Positions 1 to 8,814 of a DNA stretch of 22,149 bases are shown here, in pieces. Each line of letters opens with the position of its first letter. The stretch's first letter is position 1. The translations under genes and the position numbers were made by a program. The stretch comes from an uncultured archaeon. GTDB taxonomy: Archaea; Aenigmatarchaeota; Aenigmatarchaeia; CG10238-14. The stretch is from positions 1 to 22,149 of the forward strand of contig CAYMPD010000019.1 in assembly GCA_964392445.1 (NCBI GenBank), read 5' to 3'. The notes beneath the pieces are model-generated. The model had not been told where the DNA came from. It did not search any database and saw only the letters and a list, made by a program, of their open reading frames with translations.

Positions 1-1447
1 TAGCCCCCCTCGCGGAACCCAAATTTGACATTCCCATTAAGAGAGCGCCTCATTTAGACTCCACTCGGATGGCTTGACGGGCGGTGTGTGCAAGGCACAG
101 GGACATATTCGACGAACGATAATGACGTTTGTCTACTAGAAATTCCAGCTTCGCGAGGTTGAGTTACAAACCTCGATCCGTACTTAGTATAAGTTTAAGA
201 GATTGGCTTCCCCTCTCGGGGTTGCAACTCATTGTCTCATACATTGTAGGCCGCGTGTAGCCGGGGAAATTCGGGCCATACTGACCTACCGTCGCCTCCA
301 CCTTCCTCTGGTTTATCACCAGCGGTCTCCTATGAGTGCACTCTTGCGAGTTAGCAACATAGGATGGAGATCTCGCTCGTTAACGGACTTAACCGCACGC
401 TTCACAGTACGAGCTGACGATGGCCATGCAACTCCTCTCAGCTTGTCTGGTAAACCCTTCAGATTGACCTTCATCCTGCTGTCGATCCCCGTGAGATTTC
501 CGGCGTTGGATCCAATTGAACCGCAGCCTCCACTTCTTGTGTGTGCCCCCGCCAATTCCCTTAAGTTTCAACCTTGCGGTCGTAATTCCCAGGTGGCCCA
601 CTTAACACCTACGCTCCGGCACAACAAACCCTCGTAAGGTTTGTAGCACCAAGTGGGCATCGTTTACGCCTAGGACTAACGGGGTATCTAATCCCGGTCG
701 CTACCCTAGGTTTCGTCCCTCACCGTCGAACCTGTTCTAGGTGGACGCCTTCGCCACTGGTGGTCCCACTGGGATTATAGGATTTTACCCCTCCCCCAGC
801 AGTACCTCTACCCTCTCCCAGTCCCAAGTCTAGCAGTATCCCCAGCAAGCCTACTAGTTTTCCAGTAGATTTCACTAGGGACTTACAAGACCGGCTACGG
901 ACGCTTTAGACCAACTAATACCGGATACCACTTGAGGCGCAGGTATTACCGCTTACCGTTCTAAGAGTTATTAAACTCCCTAGAATGGCGGCTGGCACCT
1001 GTCTTACCCACCTCTTATTCTCCGAGCGATTTTGACTCGGTAAAAGCTTATGCAAAGCATAAGCACTCCAGATCCCCCCATCGTGCGTTAACACAGTGTG
1101 AAGGTTCCGCGCCTGCTGCGTCCCGTAGGACCTGGATTCATGTCTCAGAATCCATCTCTGGGCTTCCACTCTCATGGCCCATACCCGTTATAGCTTTGGG
1201 GGTACATTACGCCCCCAACAGGCTGATAAGGTGTAGTCCCATCCTAAAGCAACGGATTTTTCGGACGTTTTATCATTCCAGACCAAAACGTCTATCAGGT
1301 ATTAGCCTCAATTTCTCGAGATTATCCCTGACTTTAGGGTAGGTTAACTACATATTACTGAGCAGTACGTCGAGTCCCGAAGACTCTCAACTTGCATGGC
1401 TTAGTCGGATCCGGATAGCGGTATCCTCCGGCAGGATCAACCGGAAT
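1..1447 (-). rRNA. rrs: 16S rRNA, archaeal (3' end, roughly 50 nt including the anti-SD, lies outside the window)
   Basis: Minus strand begins ATTCCGGTTGATCCTGCCGGA at 1447. Conserved blocks: CCTACGGGACGCAGCAGGCGCG, GTGCCAGCCGCC/GCGGTAATAC, ATTAGATACCCCGTTAGTCC, AAACTTAAGGGAATTGGCGG, GCACACACCGCCCGTC. The window starts just inside the 1492R site. Confidence 0.99.
953..986 (-). other. 34-nt hairpin-type archaeal BHB intron in the 16S rRNA 530 loop (between E. coli-equivalent C526 and G527)
   Basis: Sense RNA reads GUGCCAGCCGCC[AUUCUAGGGAGUUUAAUAACUCUUAGAACGGUAA]GCGGUAAUAC. The intron folds into an 11-bp stem with one bulged G and a UAAU loop. Exon GCCG pairs with intron CGGU as the 4-bp central helix, flanked by 3-nt bulges CC|A and AA|G. 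Confidence 0.92.
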
Positions 1448-1591
1448 TGGTTTGGTTATTAAATCACACCACTTCTTATACATCTCACTAACAAATCTCA
1501 CCAACTAGGACTACAAACTTAAGTCAAACTCAAGCTTGGCATATAACTCTCCCAACTGATCATAGAGTTCAAACAAAATATAATTGGAAAG

Positions 1592-1607
1592 TATTTAAAA
1601 GTTTTCC
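1592..1607 (-). promoter_or_regulatory. rRNA promoter, proximal (BRE + TATA)
   Basis: Minus strand GGAAAAC-T-TTTAAATA, about 145 nt upstream of the mature 16S 5' end. Confidence 0.65.
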
Positions 1608-1632
1608 AAGGTGTTAATATTACTATTATAGA

Positions 1633-1650
1633 TATTTAAATACTTTTTTG
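1633..1650 (-). promoter_or_regulatory. rRNA promoter, distal (BRE + TATA)
   Basis: Minus strand CAAAAAAGTA-TTTAAATA, 41 nt upstream of the proximal TATA box. Confidence 0.45.
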
Positions 1651-1772
1651 GAGGATTATTTTTAGTTTACATGCCTTCTTATGTTATTTGCTAAACTAAT
1701 CATTTTTTCCTCATCTTACTTAGAAAACCTCCTACATCACCTATTTAATTTATAACTCCTAATTAATTTTTT

Positions 1773-2600
1773 ATGAGAAAAATTGTATTTTTTTTATTAA
1801 TTATTCTTTTGTTACCTTCACTAGTTTTAGCTGGGACCATTTCTTTGACAACCTCTGTTACCAGCGATGTTCTAACAACTGATCAGGGCGAAATTGGGGT
1901 TACTTTGACGAATTCTGGTAATGAACCTGCTTACAATGTACAATTATCTTTGATTACGGATTACTTTACTTCTGACCCTGTTCACGTGGGAACCTTGGAT
2001 ATTAACCAACCTTACAAAACTAATATTAGTTTAGAGGCTGCCGGGGATTTAAAAGAAGGGAATTATCCTCTTGTTTTGATGACTGAGTATGCGGATGCTA
2101 ATGGTTATCCTTTTTCATCTGTCTCTCCGATTACTTTGACTTATAAAAATCCTTATCCTTCTCGAGTAACTGGTGTATTTGAAAGTATAGAACTTAGTGG
2201 TAAGAGGACTAAAAACCTTGTTTTGAAACTTAAGAACATGGATCAGGTTGAACATGATGTTGATTTAGAATTAGTTCTACCCAATGAGCTTTCTTCAGAC
2301 ATGACTGAAAAGTCTGTTCAAGTAGGATCTAAAGAAGAAAAAGAACTTGTTTTTAAGGTTTCTAATTTTGCTGGATTGGATGGAAGTACTTATGTTGTGC
2401 TTGCTGTAGTTGAGTATGAGGACGAATATCATCATTCTAGTTTGGCTAGCGGCATGGTTAGTATTGTTGAAGAGAAAACCTTTAATTTCCCTCAATGGTT
2501 ACCTATAGGAATTGCCGGGGTATTAGTTCTAGTTTTTGTAGGATACCAATTAAAATCTAAATTCACAATTAAAGTAGAAACAGAAAGCAAAGATACTTAA
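1773..2600 (+). CDS. Secreted, C-terminally anchored cell-surface protein with Ig-like beta-sandwich domains (COG1361/S-layer-associated-like)
   Basis: Signal peptide MRKIVFFLLIILLLPSLVLA, beta-rich repeats such as VTLTNSGNEPAYNV and EYADANGYPF, and a C-terminal TM helix WLPIGIAGVLVLVFVGYQL followed by a basic tail. Confidence 0.7.
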   Translation: MRKIVFFLLIILLLPSLVLAGTISLTTSVTSDVLTTDQGEIGVTLTNSGNEPAYNVQLSLITDYFTSDPVHVGTLDINQPYKTNISLEAAGDLKEGNYPLVLMTEYADANGYPFSSVSPITLTYKNPYPSRVTGVFESIELSGKRTKNLVLKLKNMDQVEHDVDLELVLPNELSSDMTEKSVQVGSKEEKELVFKVSNFAGLDGSTYVVLAVVEYEDEYHHSSLASGMVSIVEEKTFNFPQWLPIGIAGVLVLVFVGYQLKSKFTIKVETESKDT

Positions 2601-2647
2601 GATATTTTAGATAAATAATTGAGGAGATAACCATTAAAAGTGATAAA

Positions 2648-3010
2648 ATGCATCTGTTAGCAATAGTGGGGGTATGTATAATATTTGGAGTAGTTGGACA
2701 ACTTTTAATTAAAAAAGGTATGGATATTGTAGGTGAAGTTTTTATAAAAGATCTATTTACGGCCAAATTCTTCAAAATGGTATTTCAAAAATACGTCTTC
2801 ATTGGAATTTCACTTTACGCTCTTTCGTCTATATTGTGGATGGTTGCTTTATCTAGGGGTGAATTAAGTTATTTATACCCTCTAATAGGTGTTGGATACA
2901 TTTTCACTGCCGTACTTGCCTGGATATTTTTCAAAGAAAATTTAACATTGATAAGGTTTAGTGGTATAGTATTAATCTCCATTGGAGTTTTTCTTGTGGT
3001 TTTTAAATGA
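2648..3010 (+). CDS. EamA/SMR (DMT superfamily) 4-TM small transporter, ArnE/ArnF-like flippase candidate
   Basis: 120 aa with four hydrophobic helices and the motifs GQLLIKKG, LSRGELSYLYP and FFKENLT. Confidence 0.8.
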   Translation: MHLLAIVGVCIIFGVVGQLLIKKGMDIVGEVFIKDLFTAKFFKMVFQKYVFIGISLYALSSILWMVALSRGELSYLYPLIGVGYIFTAVLAWIFFKENLTLIRFSGIVLISIGVFLVVFK

Positions 3011-5118
3011 TTGAAAAATTGAAGTCGAATAAAGAGAATTTAATTAATTTGTTAGTCTTAATTTCAATATTTATCTTCATACTAACTTACTTCGACCCAA
3101 AATATATTTTGTCGGAAACAACAACCTCTGGAGGTGACATGGCATCTGATTTCTATCCACTTCACTACCTTAAAAATTATCTAATACCAAATCTTAAACT
3201 TGTTGGCTGGGCTCCTGGTTGGTATGGTGGAATTCCAATGTTTCAGTTTTATTTTCTTCCTACTTTTCTGATTATGACTGGCTTGAGTTATATTATACCA
3301 CTTGAGATAAGCTTTAAAATCGTGACTTTACTTGGAACTTTTCTCTTGCCTGTAATGAGTTATTTTTCCTTTAAATACATGAAATTCAAGTTTCCTATTC
3401 CGGCTGTAGCTGCAACATTCACTCTACCTTTTCTTTTTATGGAAGCGAATTCAATGTGGGGAGGTAATATACCAAGTACTTTAGCAGGGGAATTCTCGCA
3501 TAGTTTTGGGCTAGCTTTTTCTATTCTTTTTCTTGGTTCTCTTTACAGGGGTTTGAAAGAAAATAAAAATTGGATAAGAAACTCGATGATTTTTTCGATA
3601 GTTACTTTGAGTCATATTTACACGGCTTTTTTTGCATTATTCTCTTCCACTTTCCTACTCATCAAAAGTTTCTTTGAAAAAAAATTCTGGAAAACATTTT
3701 CTTACTTCTTCAAAACTTATTTCTTGGCATTTCTACTTGTTGTATTTTGGGCTATACCTTTTGTTCTTAATATGACATACACAACACCGTATAGAGACAG
3801 TTGGAAGGTGGGTTTGGAAAAGATACTACCCGTCCCTATAAATTATTTTAGTGTTCTTAGTAGTATAACAGTAATATTAGGAATTCTTAATAAAGACAAA
3901 AGAATTATGTTTTTGGGGTATAGTGTAGTAATCTCATTATTATTCTTTTTTGTTGCAGAAAGTATTAACCTCATAAATATAAGATTTATTCCTTTTGTTC
4001 AACTTTTAGTTATGTTAATACCTGCTTGTCTTCTTGATTTTGAGTTGTTTTCAAAGGTGAAATTTCTAAAGAAAATGGTAAAATCTTTAAGTCACTGGAC
4101 CATACCTTTGATAATTTTATTTTTAACTGTTTACTTTGTTCAGAATAGTACCACTTACATCAAACATTGGGTCAAATGGAATTATGAAGGGTTTGAAGGA
4201 AAGCATACTTGGAGTGAATATAAAGGTGTGAATGATTTTGTTGCTGGTGATTTTTCTGATCCTCGGGTAGTTTATGAACATTCCGACAAATATAACCAGT
4301 TTGGGACTCCCCGGGCATTTGAATTATTACCATACTTTTCAGGTAGATCTACTCTAGAAGGCCTCTTTATGCAGTCTAGCATATCCTCACCCTTTGTCTT
4401 TTATATACAATCAGAAATTGGGGAACAGCATTCCTGTCCTTTTTGGAATATCTACAAATGTGCTAGTTTTAACTTGACGATGGGGACAAAACACTTGGAA
4501 ATGTTTAATGTTGAACATCTTATAGTTAGAAGTGATAAAGTAAAAAACGAAATTCAAAACTTCCCAGAATATACTTTTCTTGAAAGTGTGGGTGATATAG
4601 AGATTTATGAATTGTCCACAAACAAAGACAAATATGTAATTGTTCCTGATTATAAACCTGTCCTTTATGATGGTAAGGATTGGAAGAATTTCTTCTATGA
4701 TTGGTTTAAAGGATATGATTTACTTGATGTTCCGATAATAAAAACTAAGGATAAAATACAAGGACTTCAAGGGATAGAAGAGTTGAGTGATATAGATAAA
4801 GTTCCTCTTGGTAGTGAAGCATGTGTTCTTAACGAGCAAATATTAAATGAAGAAATTAAATTTACAACAAATTGCCTCGGTAAACCTCATATCGTCAGAA
4901 TATCTTATCACCCTAACTGGAAAGTACAAGGTGCTAACAAAATTTATCTAGTTTCACCTTCATTTATGTTAGTTTTTCCAGAGAATAATGAAGTCAGAAT
5001 GTGGTATGGAACGAGAATGATTGATATTATTGCCTTTGGACTTACTTTAATTGGAATTCTTTTCCTAATCTACACTTTCTTGAATAACCATAATGTTATC
5101 AAATTTCTAAAACGATAA
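3007..5118 (+). CDS. Multi-TM GT-C-like membrane protein (6-pyruvoyl-tetrahydropterin synthase-related / YfhO-like) with a large extracellular C-terminal domain
   Basis: GGDMASDFYPLHYL loop after TM1, WAPGWYGGIPMFQFY, about 12 TM segments, a soluble domain, and ISYHPNWKV near the C-terminus. ATGA overlap with the upstream gene. Confidence 0.7.
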   Translation: MIEKLKSNKENLINLLVLISIFIFILTYFDPKYILSETTTSGGDMASDFYPLHYLKNYLIPNLKLVGWAPGWYGGIPMFQFYFLPTFLIMTGLSYIIPLEISFKIVTLLGTFLLPVMSYFSFKYMKFKFPIPAVAATFTLPFLFMEANSMWGGNIPSTLAGEFSHSFGLAFSILFLGSLYRGLKENKNWIRNSMIFSIVTLSHIYTAFFALFSSTFLLIKSFFEKKFWKTFSYFFKTYFLAFLLVVFWAIPFVLNMTYTTPYRDSWKVGLEKILPVPINYFSVLSSITVILGILNKDKRIMFLGYSVVISLLFFFVAESINLINIRFIPFVQLLVMLIPACLLDFELFSKVKFLKKMVKSLSHWTIPLIILFLTVYFVQNSTTYIKHWVKWNYEGFEGKHTWSEYKGVNDFVAGDFSDPRVVYEHSDKYNQFGTPRAFELLPYFSGRSTLEGLFMQSSISSPFVFYIQSEIGEQHSCPFWNIYKCASFNLTMGTKHLEMFNVEHLIVRSDKVKNEIQNFPEYTFLESVGDIEIYELSTNKDKYVIVPDYKPVLYDGKDWKNFFYDWFKGYDLLDVPIIKTKDKIQGLQGIEELSDIDKVPLGSEACVLNEQILNEEIKFTTNCLGKPHIVRISYHPNWKVQGANKIYLVSPSFMLVFPENNEVRMWYGTRMIDIIAFGLTLIGILFLIYTFLNNHNVIKFLKR

Positions 5119-5765
5119 AGAGACTCGTCTATTATGTTGAATTTACTCTTTCTTGTATCATGACAAATAGTCGGTATTTGGGTTATTTTTTTACCCTCTT
5201 TTTCTACCCAATAAGTTATTTCATAAACATATGCAGAACCCTTGTCTATATGACCCAAGTATTTTTCAATATCTTTTTTTCTGAATCCTTTAGCTCCCAT
5301 TGAATAATCCTCATACTCTAACCCAAGAATTGTTTTAGTCAACCAAATGAATGTATTACTCGCAAAAACCCTGTACCATTGTCTATTTTGTTCACCAACC
5401 CTCTTAGAACCTATTACTATGCTGTTTTCATCGAGTAGTTTTAAACATCTAGGAACAAAATCCAATTCTATGCTTAGATCCATGTCAAGAGAGATTATTT
5501 TATCATAGGAAGAATTTTTTACACCTTCTCTAAAAGCAAAACCGACATAGCCTTTCTCTGATATAGAAAATATTTTAAATTTTTTTGGATATTTTTTTTC
5601 TATTTTACTTCCTATTTCGACTGTTTTATCTGTACTACCATTATCTACAACTATTATTTCGAAGTTTTTAGAGATTTTTTGGAGATACTTAATTAGCTTA
5701 TCCGTATTTTCAACTATTAGTTCTTCTTCGTTGTAAACTGGGATTATTATTGTGAATTTCTCCAT
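5070..5765 (-). CDS. GT2 glycosyltransferase, dolichol/polyprenol-phosphate sugar synthase-like
   Basis: IIIPVYNEE, VVDNGSTDKT, SLDMDLS (DxD), VIGSKR and DYSMGAKGF motifs. Confidence 0.9.
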   Translation of the reverse strand: MEKFTIIIPVYNEEELIVENTDKLIKYLQKISKNFEIIVVDNGSTDKTVEIGSKIEKKYPKKFKIFSISEKGYVGFAFREGVKNSSYDKIISLDMDLSIELDFVPRCLKLLDENSIVIGSKRVGEQNRQWYRVFASNTFIWLTKTILGLEYEDYSMGAKGFRKKDIEKYLGHIDKGSAYVYEITYWVEKEGKKITQIPTICHDTRKSKFNIIDESLYRFRNLITLWLFKKV

Positions 5766-5832
5766 GTGAACACTGTAATAGGTTGTGGGATTAGATTTAT
5801 AAAACTAATTTATCGATTCTAATAAGATTAAA

Positions 5833-7425
5833 TTATTTACCCGATAGGATCCAAAGCTTTGTAGTTTCAGGGGAAGGTAAATAGGTCAAGTTATTGTATT
5901 CTCTATATAATTTCCAACTTGTATCCAACTCATCTTTAAAATAATTCAACCTAAAACCACTTTGGTGTCCACCATAGTGTACACAACTACCTAGACCTGT
6001 AATCAAAACCGTTCCATTAGGAAAACCGCTTTGATGTTTATTTAACCAAGTTTCATATTCTGTCACATGGTGAGTATCGTAAATAGTTACAATATCTGCA
6101 TCAACATCTTTCAAATATATCTCTCTTAAGAAGAAACTTAACCAAGCTTCTGGGATAATTTTAGGTGGAGATAACAACTTTATATCTCTTATAATCTTTA
6201 AAATGGATTCACGATAAATCCTCCCCGGTAATGTAGCCTCTTTGACTTGAATAATATTTAAAAAGATGAGAGAGACGAATAACAATAATAAAATAATTCT
6301 TTGTATTATTTCTTTTTTAAATTTGAAAATATATTTATTGGAAAATTCACTGAAATCTAAAATCAATTTTACTATATGAAGTGTCATGGGAAAGGATAAG
6401 GGGGTAAGATAACGAAAAATTCTCGGGGCAGAATAGTATTGGTCAAACTTAAAGGTATTTGGGAAGAAATTTAGAAGGAGAAAGAAAGTTACATAATAAC
6501 TGAATAATATATAATCTAATTTATCAAATTTGTAATTTATTTTTAGGAGTTTTTTGGAAAAGAAAATTAAGAAAATTTTAATACAAATTAAGAAAATTAA
6601 AAGCGAAGGTATTATCCCAAAAAGTGTGGTACTAAATTCAGATCCATTAAATAAAAAATTGGGATAGATCATAAATAAAGTCTTTAGATAACTTTTGTTA
6701 ACGGGATATGTTGCAGCATGATTTGTTATAAAAGGTAAAAATCCCCCTATCCTTATTTTCCAATAGATACTTGTAATTAAATGTAAGAGGAAGCTAGTAA
6801 TGAAACAACTTAAAGCCCCTTTTATCCATCCTTTCCTAATTAGCTGAAACATATAGTAAATAAACAGGACAGGAAACACGTAAACAACCCACAATTTTAC
6901 ATAGAATGCAATCCAAAGAAGAAAACCTGTTATTATTCCTTGAAAAATTGGTTTTTTCTCCAAAATAATAAAGAAAAGTATCGCTATAGAAAGTATCCAA
7001 CTGAATATCAGATCGTTTGCCCTTAATCCCCCTATTAAAACTTCAAAAGGAGCAGAAGATATAAGAAGTGAACCCAAAAAAGAATTAAATGTTTTATATG
7101 ATTTATAAGTGAGGATTAGATACCCAATTAGTGGTATACTTGAAGACATAAGTATAGTTGGAAGAAAAAATGTCATTTCTGATATACCAAATAATTTGAA
7201 AAATACTAGATTAAATAACCAAACTCCAAAACGTAAATGTAATTGATCTTTTAAATTTGGTCCATTTAATAAGACATGCTTTACAGTGGCGAATTCTTGT
7301 AGGTCATCACATAATATGAAACCAGAAAAAAAATGTATTCTTAGAGTATAAGAGAAAAGAAAAATAATTGCTGGTATTATTATGTATTTGAAAGACTTTC
7401 TATTATCAATTTTCTCAAAAATCAC
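5833..7425 (-). CDS. GT-C fold membrane glycosyltransferase (ArnT/PMT-like)
   Basis: GTG start. Acidic CDDLQE loop after TM1, about 11-13 TM helices, PRIFRYLTPL motif and a soluble C-terminal domain. Confidence 0.7.
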   Translation of the reverse strand: MIFEKIDNRKSFKYIIIPAIIFLFSYTLRIHFFSGFILCDDLQEFATVKHVLLNGPNLKDQLHLRFGVWLFNLVFFKLFGISEMTFFLPTILMSSSIPLIGYLILTYKSYKTFNSFLGSLLISSAPFEVLIGGLRANDLIFSWILSIAILFFIILEKKPIFQGIITGFLLWIAFYVKLWVVYVFPVLFIYYMFQLIRKGWIKGALSCFITSFLLHLITSIYWKIRIGGFLPFITNHAATYPVNKSYLKTLFMIYPNFLFNGSEFSTTLFGIIPSLLIFLICIKIFLIFFSKKLLKINYKFDKLDYILFSYYVTFFLLLNFFPNTFKFDQYYSAPRIFRYLTPLSFPMTLHIVKLILDFSEFSNKYIFKFKKEIIQRIILLLLFVSLIFLNIIQVKEATLPGRIYRESILKIIRDIKLLSPPKIIPEAWLSFFLREIYLKDVDADIVTIYDTHHVTEYETWLNKHQSGFPNGTVLITGLGSCVHYGGHQSGFRLNYFKDELDTSWKLYREYNNLTYLPSPETTKLWILSGK

Positions 7426-7458
7426 TTTAACACCAATTTTCTAATTTAAATCTAAACA

Positions 7459-8808
7459 TTATCCAATAAACCTCAAAAACAACTTAAATTGTTTAAATAA
7501 TAACTTCGGGTTTTTAAAAATTCTAGGTAATATATAACTTGGTCTCAAATAAAACTGAATAAAGCCTTTGTTGGTCATTTTTTTAAGAAAATCCTCGGAA
7601 TGCTCGACCGAATAGAAAGTTGGAAATAATTCCTTTAGACTCCCTTCAGCCATTTTGTAAAATTCTGTCCCTGGATATGGTGTTGCGATGTGAAAAGAAA
7701 CATAATCCGGATTTAATTGCTTAGCAAATTCGATAGTCATTTTCATATCTTCTTCGGTCTCGGTAGGAAACCCCATCATCATAAAACAAGCACTTTCTAT
7801 CCCAGCTTTTCTTGTCATTTCTATCCCAGCTTTAATCTTTTCCAAACTGGTGTTTTTTTTAATTATCTTCATTATTCTCGGTGACCCGGTCTCGACCCCA
7901 AAATGTATAAGCTTACATCCTGATCTTTTCATTTTTTCAAGAAGTTCAGGGTTCAAAGAATCTGCTCTTGTTTGGCAAGTCCATTCCAGATCATAATTTT
8001 TTTCTATTAAAAAGTTGCATATTTTTTCTACAAAATTTTTGTCTATTGTGAACTCCAAATCAAAGAAGTAAAGATTTTTTACCCCAAATTTTTCCACAGA
8101 TAATTGGATTTCTTTTTTAATATTTTCAAGTGGTTTTTTTCTGTATTTATTTCCGTACATTATTTTTTTCGCGCAGAAGATGCATTGATAAGGACAACCA
8201 CGACTAGCCTCCAGTAAAGAAAAATTCTCTCCCATTAACTCATAATAATATTTGTCCATAGGAAGTAATTCTAAGGCAGGTGGAGGCAAATCTTTCAAAT
8301 CCGTAAGATCCCTGGGTTTATTAAAAACAATTTTACCTTTTCTCCTATAAGCAATTCCTTTTATTTTTGATATGTCTTTATTTTTACATATTTCTAGTAC
8401 AGTTTCCTCGGGTTCTCCGATAATGGCGGCGTATACAGTTAATTCATTTAAAATGGTTTCTGGTCTCATTCCAACATGGGTACCCATAATTATCGTTTTT
8501 TTGTTATTCTCTAGGATTTTTTTTACAAGTCCCAGAAAGGGGTTAATATTCAAATGAGGACACTGCCATCTATCCAAGGACGAAGATGTTACAAGTACTT
8601 TATCGAAATTTTTACACTTATTAGAAATTTCATCATTACTTAAACCTTCGACATTATTATCAAGAATTTCTACCTTGAAATTATTGTTTCTTAAAATTGA
8701 AGCCATAATAGCTAAATCGATTGGGGGCCAAAGTCTTGGGTTTCTCCATGCTCTTTTCTTTTTATATTCAAAAGTGGGGTTAATTAATAATATTTTTTGT
8801 TTTTTCAT
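7459..8808 (-). CDS. B12-binding domain radical SAM protein (class B methyltransferase-like)
   Basis: N-terminal LLINP...WPPIDLAIMAS cobalamin-binding domain, SRGCPYQCIFC (CxxxCxxC), GVETGS, MMGFPTET and TPYPGT. Confidence 0.9.
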   Translation of the reverse strand: MKKQKILLINPTFEYKKKRAWRNPRLWPPIDLAIMASILRNNNFKVEILDNNVEGLSNDEISNKCKNFDKVLVTSSSLDRWQCPHLNINPFLGLVKKILENNKKTIIMGTHVGMRPETILNELTVYAAIIGEPEETVLEICKNKDISKIKGIAYRRKGKIVFNKPRDLTDLKDLPPPALELLPMDKYYYELMGENFSLLEASRGCPYQCIFCAKKIMYGNKYRKKPLENIKKEIQLSVEKFGVKNLYFFDLEFTIDKNFVEKICNFLIEKNYDLEWTCQTRADSLNPELLEKMKRSGCKLIHFGVETGSPRIMKIIKKNTSLEKIKAGIEMTRKAGIESACFMMMGFPTETEEDMKMTIEFAKQLNPDYVSFHIATPYPGTEFYKMAEGSLKELFPTFYSVEHSEDFLKKMTNKGFIQFYLRPSYILPRIFKNPKLLFKQFKLFLRFIG

Positions 8809-8814
8809 AATTCT

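Noticed and set aside
203-1175. ORFs 203-637, 316-555, 389-601 and 915-1175
   Set aside because: They lie within the 16S rRNA gene. The 915-1175 ORF spans the intron but far exceeds it and has no LAGLIDADG motif, so it is not a homing endonuclease.
1545-1569. Possible C/D box sRNA in the rRNA leader (AUGAUCA within a terminal stem)
   Set aside because: Too short, the C box is imperfect and there is no properly placed D box.
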